Shown here piece after piece: positions 1 to 14,300 of a DNA stretch of 64,000 bases. The notes under the pieces are model-generated. The model ran no database searches. It saw only the letters and a program-made list of their open reading frames with translations, and was not told where the DNA came from. How positions within the stretch are numbered: position 1 is the stretch's first letter; the number at the start of each line of letters is the position of its first letter. Origin of the DNA: Tubiluchus corallicola (lineage: Eukaryota; Animalia; Priapulida); the NCBI GenBank assembly GCA_030141605.1, contig JAQGDQ010000649.1, positions 53,327-117,326 of the forward strand. Reading direction: 5' to 3'. Both the position numbers and the translations under genes were made by a program.

Positions 1-327
1 GGGACATCGTTTTCTACACTTAACCTAACTTTGACCTACCTCAAACGAATAAATAGGGTGGCAATTATAGTTATAACACCATGTTGAGACTCCACCAGAG
101 GTGACGTTAATGGTTTGATTGTGTGTGTGTGTGTGTGTGTATTTATGTATTAGTATGTATTATATGTGTGTATAAATTTCTCAATCCGCCGCGCGCGTGC
201 GTGCGTGCGTGTACATATAATCTTTATTAATTTTATTTAAAGTAGATTAACAAAACTGTTAAAACAACAACCCCACCAAAAACCATTAAAACACTAGTGC
301 TAATTTAACAATCGACAAGATTTCAAC

Positions 328-870
328 TTGAAAGAAGACCGGACGATTAACTCAATCTCATTTTAATTTACTGTCCAAAATATACATTTTCGGCCTATGA
401 AAGTTAACAATTGTTCCTTATATTTGAATAATTAGCTTAGAAGGTTAATTAACGGCAACCAACACACATTGCTTACGTCAGAAACTAACCACAGTTTGTG
501 CAATGGCAGGCATCTTCCCTTGCGCATGAAGCACGTTTGTATAAGTTTTACAAAACTATTTAAACCATGATGTCACAAAAATGGACTCACATCATATGAC
601 CAAAACTAACACTGCAGTTCATGATCATGCTTATCACTGTACCGCCTTCTATTTGTCGGCCACACGAATGTGACAAAAAGGCTCCGCTGCCAATCTTAGT
701 AGATTCACTGAGACGCGCGTAGCTTTGAAAGTTTAACGAAAATTGAGTATCCAAGGTAATTATTATTTAATCTAAGCTTTCATTTAAAATAAGCTATTGT
801 AGTTTTCAATATTTTAAAGCATTATTTATTCTAAACTAATGTTTACATAATCATCCGGTTTTCCTTTCAA
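328..870. mobile_element. Kolobok/T2-like MITE family A, copy 1 (termini eroded)
   Basis: About 540 bp, alignable by eye to copies at 27166, 34573, 49105 and 51508; inverted ends (A)GAAGACCGGA...TCCGGTTTTCCT. Confidence 0.8.
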
Positions 871-2279
871 TAACTTCAGTTAAGCATACACATATCGATA
901 ATGCATAATATATAGTGTCTGGGCGTGACACAATACAGTAAATCGTCTTAATTAAACAATACACGAATTTACATCAAAAGAAATGCAAGTCCTGCATGAA
1001 CAATAGAAATATTGTACCCATTCTTCAGTTATCAAAGTTACTAGACTAGACTCAGCGTATTTTTATTTAAACCTTTTGGCTGATTTTATAAAATTTTGAA
1101 CTATAGAAATTGTTACAGAGTAATTCATCTAGGAACATGTTTTGTCCATTTCCCTAATGTGTACATTAAGAAAACGAATGCACAAAATTTGCAAATCCTT
1201 AATTTTGAAACAAATCTTTGACTGCCTCGTGGCCCCAAAGGAGTCTTATATCACCTTACAAAATTTCCCTTGGAGGTCCTGATTATATGCACTAGTAAAA
1301 TGTATTATACATCTGTTCACAACGCTATGTCTACGTGGTTTTATGGTGAGAACTTTTTTTGTAAGAGGCACCTAATTCTAGTTTCTAATTATACGTAAGG
1401 CAAGGTGATCGCTATTGGCATGCTATACTGAAAAACAAGCATTCGATTGTTCTAAACGTACAAAAGCCAGGCAGTGAGTATATAAAGTGCATTAGCTAAA
1501 CTAATTAATGTCAGCATAAATTAAAATTTAGCATCGAAAGTTAAACAGCGAAAGGACAATTAAATTACGCTGCAGATGACGTTACATGATTTAAAATGAG
1601 TATACTCGTATATTTGTACGTCATCAAAACAAAACAACTTAGTCTACAATCACGAAATCAAGAATTAAAGCCCGCAAGCTACCAATTATAATAAATTATA
1701 CCACAAAATGAAGTATTGGTCTTACCTATACAGCTATGATGGAAGTACAAACTACACAATTTAATTTATGTGCAATAAATTAAAAGCGTGATAGACAGTA
1801 ATGAATAGCTTGCTTCACTTAATTATATCGTATTTTAAAAAATGTTTCAATTGAAGTTGAAATCACTGCGCATTCGACGCAGTGTGCAAGCTGGGCACTA
1901 GTACTGACCAGGGGGGGGGTATTTTTTTAAAAGTTAAACCGTCAGAGATGTTTTAATGTCTTATCCAACATGGCACATGAAACAGTGATCGCTTTTTCTC
2001 GTCTCATACATTCGTTTACTAACTAAACCAAATATTGCTTAACTTTCGGTTGCTAAGCATACATCGCTAGGCTAGTGATCATTCAGCTGTTTCTCTCGAC
2101 CAGTATGCAGCCGACCTGAATAAAAATGAGTCCTACCTATGAGATAGTAGAGTAAATGCCTTGTAATGTGATTTAAAATAATCTCTGTTATGTAGCTGTA
2201 GTTTGTTGTTTATAGTCAGCTATGAAAGCTTCATAAGAGATTTACGTCTGTCTGTTAAATTTAAATTTATTAATGTTTT

Positions 2280-2303
2280 TGTTGTTGTTGTTGTTGTTGT
2301 TGC

Positions 2304-2334
<31 letters not shown>

Positions 2335-2377
2335 GCTGTTGTTGTTGTTGTTGTTGTTGTTGTCGTCGTCGTTGTTG
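2280..2377. repeat. (GTT)n microsatellite
   Basis: Direct reading; explains the poly-Val ORF at 2203-2472. Confidence 0.95.
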
Positions 2378-3151
2378 TGGTGGTGATAGTGGTTCAATTG
2401 ATCTTGCTGATAAGAGGTTCAAGTTTTGGTACACACGAGACCAGACGTCTTTGTTATAAGTATCTTCAGTAAGCCAAAACGTTGAATATGTAGGTTGTAG
2501 TTTATAAAATCAATTTACAACTGGGATCACATTGTAGTTTGCCGGGATGCATGCTTTTTTCAGTTATGTCATGCCTGCAATCTAATAACGTCAGTTTTTA
2601 GCCAAATTCCATTGTCTATTGTAACCATTGAAATCCAAATGTGCACAAAACAGACATTGTATTTTCAAAAATGGTCATTATAAATGAGTAAATTAATCTT
2701 AGAATCTGTAAAAGGGAGTATGCTGTTTATTATATCGTCTAAAATTATGTTATAATAAGAAAAGACTGGCTATAGATAGTTGTTTCCTTTTACCTATTCA
2801 TGCTATAATCATTACAAATGGTTTTGTAGTTTGTTGCTGACAATCACTTACTTTTACGCTGGGCACTAAGACCTTAATGTTTTCTGAAACAATAGAAATC
2901 GTTTAATTCTTTCTAACATAGAAAAGGAGTGCAATTCGCTCACGCTGGGCGGTTTATCGTATTTATGTGTGGCAGTCGGCCAGCAGACTGCTGACCTTTC
3001 AAATACGAAACTGCCATAATTAACTGCGGTTAGTCAAAGGAACGTCTTACGAACACAATGGGACGTCGTTTATCATAAATTACTAATTACCAAAAGTGTT
3101 AATCACGATAGGACAGGTGTACTTGCCTAGTCTACATAGAACTACTGTAAA

Positions 3152-3912
3152 TACTCACCTATACTGTGCTTTGTAACTACTCAGATCTACTGTGCTTTGT
3201 AAGTACTCAGCTACACTGTGCTTTGTAACTACTCAGATCTACTGTGCTTTGTAACTACTCAGATCTACTATGCTTTGTAAGTACTCAGTTATACTGTGCT
3301 TTGTAACTACTCAGATCTACTATGCTTTGTAAGTACTCAGATCTACTGTGCTTTGTAACTACTCAGATCTACTGTGCTTTGTAAGTACTCAGCTATACTG
3401 TGCTTTGCAAGTACTCAGCTATACTGAGCTTTGTAACTACTCATATCTACTGTGCTTTGTAAGTACTCAGCTATACTGTGCTTTATAAGTACTCAGCTAT
3501 ACTGTGTTTTATAAGTACTCAGCTATACTGTGTTTTATAAGTACTCAGCCATACTGTGCTTTGTAAGTACTCATCTATACTGTGCTTTATAAGTACTCAG
3601 CTATACTGTGCTTTGTAAGTACTCAGCTATACTGTGCTTTGTAAGTACTCAGATCTACTGTGCTTTATAAGTACTCAGCTATACTGTGCTTTGTAAGTAC
3701 TCAGCTATACTGTGCTCTGTAAGTACTCAGCTATACTGTGCTTTATAAGTACTCAGCTATACTGTGCTTTGTAAGTACTCAGCTATACTGTGCTTTGTAA
3801 GTACTCAGCTATACTATGCTTTGTAAGTGCTCAGCTATACTGTGCTCTGAAGTACTCAGCTATACTGTGCTTTATAAGTACTCAGCTATACTGTGTTTTA
3901 TATGTACTCAGA
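3152..3912. repeat. 26-bp minisatellite TACTCAGCTATACTGTGCTTTGTAAG, about 29 copies
   Basis: Direct reading. Confidence 0.95.
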
Positions 3913-6900
3913 TGCACTGCACTCTGTTTTACTTGAACGTGTAGTTAAGCAACAACGAGTCTAATAAATAACTAGATGGATAATAACACGAAAACCATTT
4001 TGTGGCATTTTATATAACAAATGAGAGAGACAAGAGCTCTTATATTATCTTTCAATAAACAATTTCTCACAAAAAAACTTGTTCCAATTATTTTTTTAAT
4101 CAACTTTTAATTATAAATTAGAATTCATATTGAAATAAATTGCATTGCAACTTAATAAATATCAACATTGTCGTTATATAAAAGTCACATAACGTACACA
4201 CTGTAGTCTGCATTTTTACATACCTATAAATTTACATTAGATCTGAATGAAAACAGCTAATGTAGTACAGTACATTTATAAGTAAAGATCTTACAACAAG
4301 TTTTTACGAAAGAATATATATACAATATACTTGTTAATTATGAAGAATGAAAGGAAAACTTTAAGCGGTGCAATAAACGCCAAGATTGCTACTTTGTTTA
4401 ATTTTCTACTTATTAACAGGGTGCTGCCACCTATTGCAGAGATGTGAACAAAACACTGCCTCTACGAATCTGACGTTGAATAGTTATGTACAAAAGAAAA
4501 ACAGAACAATTTGAAATGTTTAAAAACGATTCACAAACGATATTAGCTAGAAGCATTGTCACGTGCTTGACAGGCTTGGATTAATAAAAAATAAAATTAG
4601 TCATTGACAATGCACTAAGCATAATAAGATCCTATGAATGTCCAAAGTGCATTAGCATCTCGAAAATACTTGAGATTGACTTGAGTACAGTGACCTTGTA
4701 TCACTAAAACAGTAATCTGCATACTACAGAATTTAAATACATTAATAGAACTCTCAGTTTCATTAAAAAGGCTACATCTAGTAGCTGGTAAGGGATTTAA
4801 GTTGTCAAGCTTTAAAGGCAAGAATAAGTGACTTGTTGGGTTTATTTTACTGTTATCACTTGACCTTGGAAAAATATAACAAAGAAATTTGCAAAGAATT
4901 GCCTATAAAGCACAAATTTAAGATATACAACTTCTGAATAGAAATTTTCAGGCTTGGAGGTTGCAGCCATTTGATTGAAAATCATGACGTAACTTGGAGA
5001 CTTTGTGACTATCCATAAACGTGCGCTGCTTAAACTAATTCAAACTTCTGCACCTTATCTAACGTTCACACAAAAATATTACAAAACTAGCTACCTAATT
5101 TTTCTGTAAAAACTTTTTATGCTTTTGACGAGGATTGATATTGCACTATTTTTCTTCAGGATGAATGACGTCATTGATAGAAGAATGGGCATTGAAAATG
5201 GGAGCGCCCAAGCATGAAGTGATCGAGGTTTTAATATCATTTTACTAGTTATACAAAGTGCTTAATGCAGTTTTATTACTAAATCCTTCTAAGATTTTTC
5301 GCGAACATTGAAATATGCCAAACCTCCTAGAAAGCTTGACTTTTTCTTTAACTAGTATTATTCATACAGGCAACATAAAATTTCAATGAAAGATATTTGA
5401 CCAGCTTGTAGAAATTCATTGATTTTGCCCTTCAAGATAGACGACAGAATAATCATTATTATCAAAAATATAGATTATTATTTAGAAATAATTATTACTG
5501 TAGTTACCATGACAAATATTTGGTTATACTGGTACTTCATGGGCAAATTTCTCTGGTTTGGCGTGCATACTAGTGAAAATTTAGGCCTAAAGATACATCA
5601 GCTTACACGTACGATAGTTTAATAACAATATTAGCAAATGGTCACACGTTGTTATAGTTTATTAAACAAAACATGTAACGCCTCCCACTGGCAGAAGAAG
5701 AAGCTACTTCCCCGTCTGCATAATAAATAATGAAACAATATCATAAAGACTAAATGATGTGAGTTTTACGTGAAAAGGTTTTCGCATAGAAAAGTTATCA
5801 AAAAAACAAACAATAATCACAGATTGTGCAAGTCGTCACAGACTGTCTATATTCGGTAAAGGATAGCAGACTAAGGTGACTTTATAGTTTTTTCGCTATC
5901 CTTTATCTAGTTCTAGATCTATCTATACATTTTAACCATTTTTCAAAACTTATTAGAGATTCTTTTATTAATCATGTTTTATTGTAACACTATAAAGAGA
6001 TAAATAAATTGAAATTGAATTGAATTGTCACAGCTTCCACTTCTGTGAGATGAAAACACTTTTAATTGCATCTTAACTGTACCTTGAAAAACTTATGTCA
6101 GACAAAAAATAAATAAACATATTAATAAAAATTACATATCATTCATGAAAGTCAGTACTTATGTTCTATTTTCAATTTTGGTGCCAGATCAAGGTGTATC
6201 GTTTCCTTAAAGTAGTAACTCAGAAAGTTGCTTGTTTTATCCCGAGAAGGGAAGATGTAATGATATGAGTTTGTACATTAATCATAATTCACATAAACCG
6301 CAATAGATGGCGCTGCAATATTATAACTGATTCAGCGCCTGAGATTGAGCACTCATTCATTGTTTTTTGGATAATAATCAATGGTGATTTTAACATAGTC
6401 ATTTGTATCTGATTTTATTTGATGTTTATTAAACCATCCTGTTATCACATTACATAAAACAAGTTCCAAAGATTTGTCCATTATTTCTACAATAGTGCTC
6501 AGAAAATAAGGACATACTGTGCGTCAATTTTTGGACACCTTGTAGGTTTGTCAGCAGGGTGATGCCAATGAATGAACCATGAAAGACATTTATAAATTAC
6601 TATTAAATATGATAAATGCTCAAAAAAAAGATGTATACAACTATAAAAAAAATATAAAACAAAATTATTTTAGATGGTGAAAGACCAATCTTATGAAGTA
6701 TATGTGATTAAATAAAGATACCGAATGTGTCAGTTAAACAACTACATGAAATGTTTTATAAATGAAAAATGACAGACTTTAGATGCACATAAAATAAAGC
6801 TTATAAAGTAACGAATAGAATGTATGAGAAAAAACATAAAACAAGGTCCTAAGATTTGTCCATTATTTCTACAATTGTGCTCAGAAAATAAGGAAACAAC

Positions 6901-7282
6901 TTGAGACGTGAAAAAATACTCAGCAAGTGTCAGTTAAACTAAAAAAATTCTTGTAAGTTTAATCTGAAGAAAAGCAACTTGAAGAGGGAGAGCAGAGCAT
7001 TTTAATGTTTGTTTAAAGACGTTCAGAACACAAAGTGGCATTAGCAAGAGCAAGCAGTACTCTTGCCAACTGTAAGATTGGAAAAAAAGAATATTTCTAG
7101 TAATTTAAACCATCTATGCAAATGAAAACTTGAAGATTTTGTAATTAATCATGTCACCATCAGGCATGCATTTCTACCTCAAGAAAAAATGCTCGTTATC
7201 GGAATTTATAATTCATTTTAACCAAATTTTTACCAAAATGCAGGTGTGTACTAGTAGAACACTTAATTTCTTAATAGATTAT

Positions 7283-7384
7283 CTAGCAGTCTGAGTCTAG
7301 TCTAGCAGTCTGAGTCTAGTCTAGTAGTCTGAGTCTAGTCTAGTAGTCTGAGTCTAGTCTAGCAGTCTGAGTCTAGTCTAGTAA
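7283..7384. repeat. 19-bp minisatellite CTAGCAGTCTGAGTCTAGT, about 5 copies
   Basis: Direct reading. Confidence 0.9.
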
Positions 7385-7727
7385 TCTTTCAAATTTTACA
7401 TTTTACACTCCCTAGATGTAACATTTAAGTGATGTGAACATGAAAGACAATCTTTTCACTTATACAGGTGTATGTCTCTACAGAAAAACATGACTAGAAG
7501 TTTTTTGATGCTCATAAACATTATTTTGCCATTTGCTCTGTGCAACACTCCATAATACGATGGGTGATTACTTACAGATGATTTGCTCAGTGAAAGAGAG
7601 CAGAGATGGCGAAAAGGGAGAGAGATTGAAAGAGAGAGATGGATGGGCATGAAAGAGATGGAGAGAGAGATAAAATAACGATAGGAAAAGAAAGGAAGGA
7701 GAGAGGGGTTTTTCAAAATTTGATCAA

Positions 7728-7913
7728 ATCCTTATTATAATGCAGAACACTGCAATTTCAGCCTACTGTTAAGACTTTTGAAGATGGCATACATACATAC
7801 ATACACCCCCCCACACACACACACGCATGCACGCACGCACGCACGCACACACACCACCTTCTAAAGCCTTAAGAACAGGCTGAAATTACAGTATTCTGCA
7901 TTATAATAAGGAT
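7728..7913. repeat. About 60-bp inverted repeat around a CA-rich microsatellite
   Basis: ATCCTTATTATAATGCAGAA...TTCTGCATTATAATAAGGAT. Confidence 0.85.
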
Positions 7914-8365
7914 GTGAACAAATATAGATGGAGGAAAAGGGAGAGAGATTGAAAGAGGGAGAGAGAGAGAGATGGGGAGGAGAGAGGCAGAGACAGAGAG
8001 ATAAAAATACAGTGGGAAGAGAGAGAGGGACGAGAGGGGTTTTTCAAAATTTGTTCAAATCCTTATTATCAGCCTGTAATTCCAGCCTATTGTTAAGGCT
8101 TTAGGAGATTGTATATATATAAACTTTATTGCACAAGTTATACACATTTATAGGTATGAAAAAATATATGAAAATACTAATTGTATACTGGTGTGACAGG
8201 ATATTTCATATTTACAACATCTCGCTAATATTTCCATTTAATATCTTCTCCATGTGTTTAGCATAAATTTTTAGATGCAAAAAATATGACAAAAAATAGA
8301 AGACTAAATAAATAATTACAAATCTGTCATGACTGAGCCCTCTATGTATCTATTCACATTACTGT

Positions 8366-11300
8366 TCATGTGTTCATTTGCCAAGGTTGTACTCTCTCTG
8401 CTCTCATCTGCTTGTAATGATCCTGGTAGGTTTCCCACTGAGTTCGTCTCCTGCCGTATCTGGAGTCGTGTTTCAGCTGCTTGCGACGTTCACCTAGTAT
8501 TCTCTGTTCTCGTCGGTAACGAGCACGCTGATCTTCTACTTGTACGATGAGCAGTCTCGCCAGATACAATCCGAAAAACTGCGAAAACGGAAATAAATTA
8601 AGTCGTCGCTCAATGACGCTAATGCGCTCCAGAAAAGAGCGACGTTAAGCGAAACGTTGTTAAACAAAAAGTAAAATAATTCGTTGTTTTGGTTGTGTAT
8701 AGCTGATTATTGGTGTTTTAGGGATGGCAAAACTATGAAGAGTCTGATTATTAAACTACACGTTTATTAAACATCAACCACAATAAATATAACAGATAAT
8801 AATGCCAAGCCCCCTGATCTAGCTGCTCTCCTTCAGCTCCAGACACAATCCCCTGAGCTGGGCGCATCACGAGGCTTATATCTCGTGCGCCGAGCTTCGA
8901 CGCCTCGATTCTGAATCACTTGCTCTCGTGACACCACTCCTTAACTGGCTTCATGCCAGCATTCATCAACATAATTATCTATCATAATCTAACGCTTTTA
9001 GTATAGTTCAACAGGTCCTCTTTACTCCAAGACTTCTATGGTAAAAGAATGAGATACGTTCCAGAAGCAAAAAACAATGCTACTTAAATGAAAAATTAAA
9101 CGTTTTTGGGGTTTGATTCATATTTCTACTGATTAATTTCTTTCTGTTTGCTTGAAACCACCTATCTTTCTATAATATGTAGCTAAACTTGCCAGCAGTT
9201 TGCTTTTCTTAACATTGAAGCCTATATATAGACAGTTAGCACGTAAGGAAGTGACCTTGAAACAATTTCATGTAATACGTAACCTGGTTGTTATAGCAAC
9301 AGACAAAATACATTAGCATAAAGTTTAAACTCGGGTGTCTGGAGGCGTATAATTAGGCAAATAGATCTCCCTTGATAGTTGATACGTAGGTAGTCAGTCG
9401 GGGAGCAAAAGCGTTACAATAATGGTAATGTTTAGGTTACTAATGCAGTTTTAGAACAGAATAACACAATATGTACCGTTTTAATGCTTCAAATTAATTT
9501 AAAAAAAGTTGTTGATAAAAAGAATGGCTGTAAGCAAAGTAAAAAAATTGTCGTTAAAATCAAACGTGCGTCGTTAAGTGAGGAAAACGTGTCAAATGTT
9601 CAGTATCGTTAAAACGAAACGTCGTTAAACGGAGAGTCATTAAGCGAGGAATTACTATATAGCAAAATATTTTCACAATGATAAACAACAGTAATTAAAA
9701 TCAACAGACTTACTACATGTCTGCTTCGTGTTTGCATTTAGTTCTAGCAAATTGACCTGGAATAAAACTTTCATAAAGACTAAACGAATTTGTGGAGTTA
9801 ATAAATAAATTGAATTGAATTTGTGCAAATGTATGCTTATATCAATGAAAACATTCAAAAGATTTCATCATCCTTGTGGATAGCTTTAGTTGCTTTTACC
9901 TTTTAGTAACAAATAATACAAAAATACCCGCAATGAAACTATGTTTATTTTTTGATAAGTTAAGCATTACTGATCACCCCCATCCATTTACACAAATCCC
10001 TACGGGGAAGGCGTGGCTTTTCATGCATGTTTCTGTATCACAATACTAAAAGCAGGCTGCTAAGACAACAAATCAAAACACACGTACCAAGAATACTGAC
10101 ACGCCAATAGCAATGCCTGATACAGTATACAAGTTTCTATGTACAGCACGTAGAATCGCCGTTACACATCCTATACTATAAACAACTCTTTTTGCCTCTA
10201 CATACTAAAAAAGGACAAAAAATTATTAATTCCACTTCTATGCAGTATTACCATATCACATGTGCATGTCTAAGCTGCACTGTCAGAAACTGGCATGTCA
10301 TACATACAAGTCAACCTCGGATGTAAGGGACACCTCCGGACTGGAAAAAAACGTCCCTTATATCCGATGTTCCTTATAGCCGAAGTTGAGTCAGACCGAG
10401 GGTGTATCTGACCTGTACTTTTCTGCACTTTTACCCATATTTTTATGGATTATTGCTACACATTCAGTGCAAACGGTATGTAGGAAGCTTCTTCAGTGAT
10501 GCGAGATTTACGTGACCGCGGAAACCGATATGTTAGAAGGCAGAGTTTGTGAAAAATTGAGGTTAAAAATCAATCAATTTCGCTTTGATGATACGGTCCC
10601 ATATATGCGAAGCAATTTACCTGGGTTTCTATTATGTGGGACCTGAACATATCGTCCCTTATATCCGAGTACCTTATATATGAAGATTTTTATAAGGAAA
10701 ACGTTACGAAAAGTGGAAACGTTACGAAAACTGGTGTTGGTGGTCCCTTATAAGAGAGTACCTTATACCCGCGGTTGACTGTAGTCATCAAATAAGGTGC
10801 TAACACACTTTACTATTTACTTCCAAAAATATCACAACATTTTAATTACATATTATAACAGCCTATAGTGTATGTACTATTTACGCGTTAATATTTTAAG
10901 TATGTAAAATGCATTTGTCCATTTTTAATGTTAATGCATTTTAAATATTCAATAAATTATGATTAATTATTATGTTTCCATCTGCTGATGAGTTTAGTGG
11001 ATACTAGAAATGTTAATACTTCATATAACATATCCATCGCTCACTCTTATTAACACTCACAAATAAATAAGAAAGTTGCAAACTAATCAAACTTGTTTAC
11101 CTACTGGAATTTCTTCTGAGTTATAAATTATGATTCTAATGTCTAAACCATTCACCAATCAAACAAACAAACAAACAAACAAACAAACAAACAAACAAAC
11201 AAACAAACAAACAAACAAACAAACAAACAAACGATTTCTACAACTGAATATTTTTGTATTGCCTTCTCACAACTCTTTTTAAAAATTTTTACACGATCTT

Positions 11301-14300
11301 TCATCATTCATAAGATAATAATGGTATTATTAACATCTAACCCATTAACTTGTTAACGAAACACATAAACCAATAACAACTCGACATGAGCTGTTTCAAT
11401 TTTATTCCAACTTAAGTCATTTATAGTGTGCAGTAAATTAACTTCGACTTAAATTTTCTAGTTGAAGCTACTATAGAATTCACACAAATGAAAACACTAC
11501 AATGATCCAGAGAAACAAAAACACAAAGTTCAGTAAAGTTAAACAAATGACAATGACACAAATGACAATGACACAAATGACAACGACGCAAATGACAACG
11601 ACGCAAATGACAACGACGCAAATGACAACGACACAAATGACAACGACACAAATGACAACGATGCAAATGACAACGACACAAATGACAACGACACAAATGA
11701 CAACGACACAAATGACAACGACACAAATGACAACGACACAAATGACAACGATGCAAATGACAACGACACAAGTGACAACGACACAAGTGACAACGACGCA
11801 AATGACAACGACGCAAATGACAATGACGCAAATGACAACGATGCAAATGACAACGATGCAAATGACAACGACACAAATGACAACGACACAAATAACAACG
11901 ACACAAATGACAATAACACAAATGACAATGACACAAATGACAACGACACAAATGACAAAGACGCAAATGACAACGACACAAATGACAACGACACAAATGA
12001 CAACGACACAAATGACAACGACGCAAATGACAACGACACAAATAACAACGACACAAATGACAATAACACAAATGACAATGACACAAATGACAACGACACA
12101 AATGACAACGACACAAATGACAACGACGGAAATGACAACGACACAAATAACAACGACACAAATGACAATAACACAAATGACAATGACACAAATGACAATG
12201 ACACAAATGACAATGACACAAATGACAACGACACAAATGACAATGTCACAAATGACAATGACACAAATGACAATGACAGTGTTACAGACACATACTTACA
12301 GTGAGTGACTGTACATCCTTGCCACACAATGCATTAGGATATCCTGTCTAAAAACAAAAAAGATATTGTTAACTTTGACTTTAAAACAAATGTAATTTCT
12401 TTCGATAACAAATTTAACCAGTTCAAAACATTTACGCATTCTTTGAAGAAAAAGCATTTATTTTGCGAGCATTGGCAATTTATTAAATCACAAAATCATC
12501 AGCCTATTATAATTAAAAGTTTCAAATTTAATTATTCTCTGAAAAGTAAAGTTTTAATTACTGACGTACAGCTATACCACACATGACAGTAAAAAAACTA
12601 ATTATAAAGCAAAAATGCAATATCTGAAGATATCATTCACAAAATTGTCTTTGCAAATGTACCAAGTACTACTGGTGCCACTGTAACACTGGAACAATGT
12701 AACACTGGAACAATGTAACACTGAAACAATGTAACACTGAAATAATGTAACACTGAAACAATGTAACACTGAAACAATGTAACACTGAAACAAAACACAA
12801 AAAAAACAACACAAAAAAACACAAAAAAAACAACAAAAACAAACAAAACACGAAACAATGTAACACTGAAACAATGTAACACTGAAACAATGTAACACTG
12901 AAATAATGTAATACGGAAACAATGTAACACTGAAACAATGTAATACTGAAACAATGTAATACTGAAACAATGTAATACTGAAACAATGTAATACTGAAAC
13001 AATGTAACACTGAAACAATGTAACACTGAAACAATGTAACACTGAAACAATGTAACACTGAAATAATGTAACACTGAAATAATGTAACACTGAAACAATG
13101 TAACACTGAAACAATGTAACACTGAAACAATGTAATACTGAAACAATGTAACACTGAAACAATGTAATACTGAAACAATGTAATACTGAAACAATGTAAC
13201 ACTGAAACAATGTAACACTGAAACAATGTAACACTGAAACAATGTAACACTGAAACAATGTAACACTGAAATAATGTAATACTGAAACAATGTAACACTG
13301 AAACAATGTAACACTGAAACAATGTAATACGGAAACAATGTAACACTGAAACAATGTAACACTGAAATAATGTAACACAAGCAAAAGTCTGTCAGTCTTG
13401 CATTTTTGCTCACACAAATTACACTTGAATTTCTGCATGGGCAACCATTAAAGTGTACAAACTGCACAAGTACTACAAACATTTACTAGTTTCTAAATCA
13501 TACATGAACACAAACAATTCTCTGCAAAAAGTTAGCATTTTTTATTTAACATTGAGTCTCATAAGGTCGATATTGAATTCCCATTGCGTTATTAAGAGTG
13601 TAAAGCTTTTGAGGCAGCTGCAACACTTTTCATGCTCCTGCACATACCTTTATTTCATATTTCGAGCGTAATCAAAATATGCCATTTAAGAAAAAATGAT
13701 CTAAAAGGCTAAGACACAAGACATACGACACAAGACATAAGACACAAGACATGAGACACAAGACATAAGACACAAGACATAAGACACAAGACATAAGACA
13801 CAAGATATAAGACACAAGACATAAGACACAAGACATAAGACACAAGACATAAGACACAAGACATAAGGCACAAGACATAAGACACAAGACATAAGACACA
13901 AGATATAAGACACAAGACATAAGACACAAGACATAACACACAAGACATAAGACATAAGACACAAGACATAACACACAAGACATAAGACATAAGACACAAG
14001 ACATAAGACACAAGACATAAGACATAAGAAATAAGAACTTTTATTTCACACAAAACAAGATATAGAGATTGTAGTCAATTGACAAGCAAATATTTAAATA
14101 GTGTGGGAAAGGGAACGTCCATACGGTCTTTTATTCCCCCATGTGTGGGGAAAAGGAACGACCATACGGTCTTTTATTCCCCCATGTGTGGGGAAAGGCA
14201 ACATCCATACGGTCTTTTACTCCCTTCCCAAATGTGTGGGGAAAGGGAACGACCATACGATCTTTTGCTCCCTTCCCCCATGTGTGGGGAAAGGGAACGA

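Noticed and set aside
2203-2472. Poly-Val membrane protein ORF
   Set aside because: It is a (GTT)n microsatellite.
6190-6542. Possible mariner-like MITE (CAAGGTGT...ACACCTTG)
   Set aside because: Only an 8-bp inverted match and a single copy; insufficient support.
10975-11040. Hammerhead-like motif CTGATGAG...GAAA with an ATGTTA/TAACAT stem
   Set aside because: Stem II closing pair is missing and stem I cannot form; at best a decayed relic.
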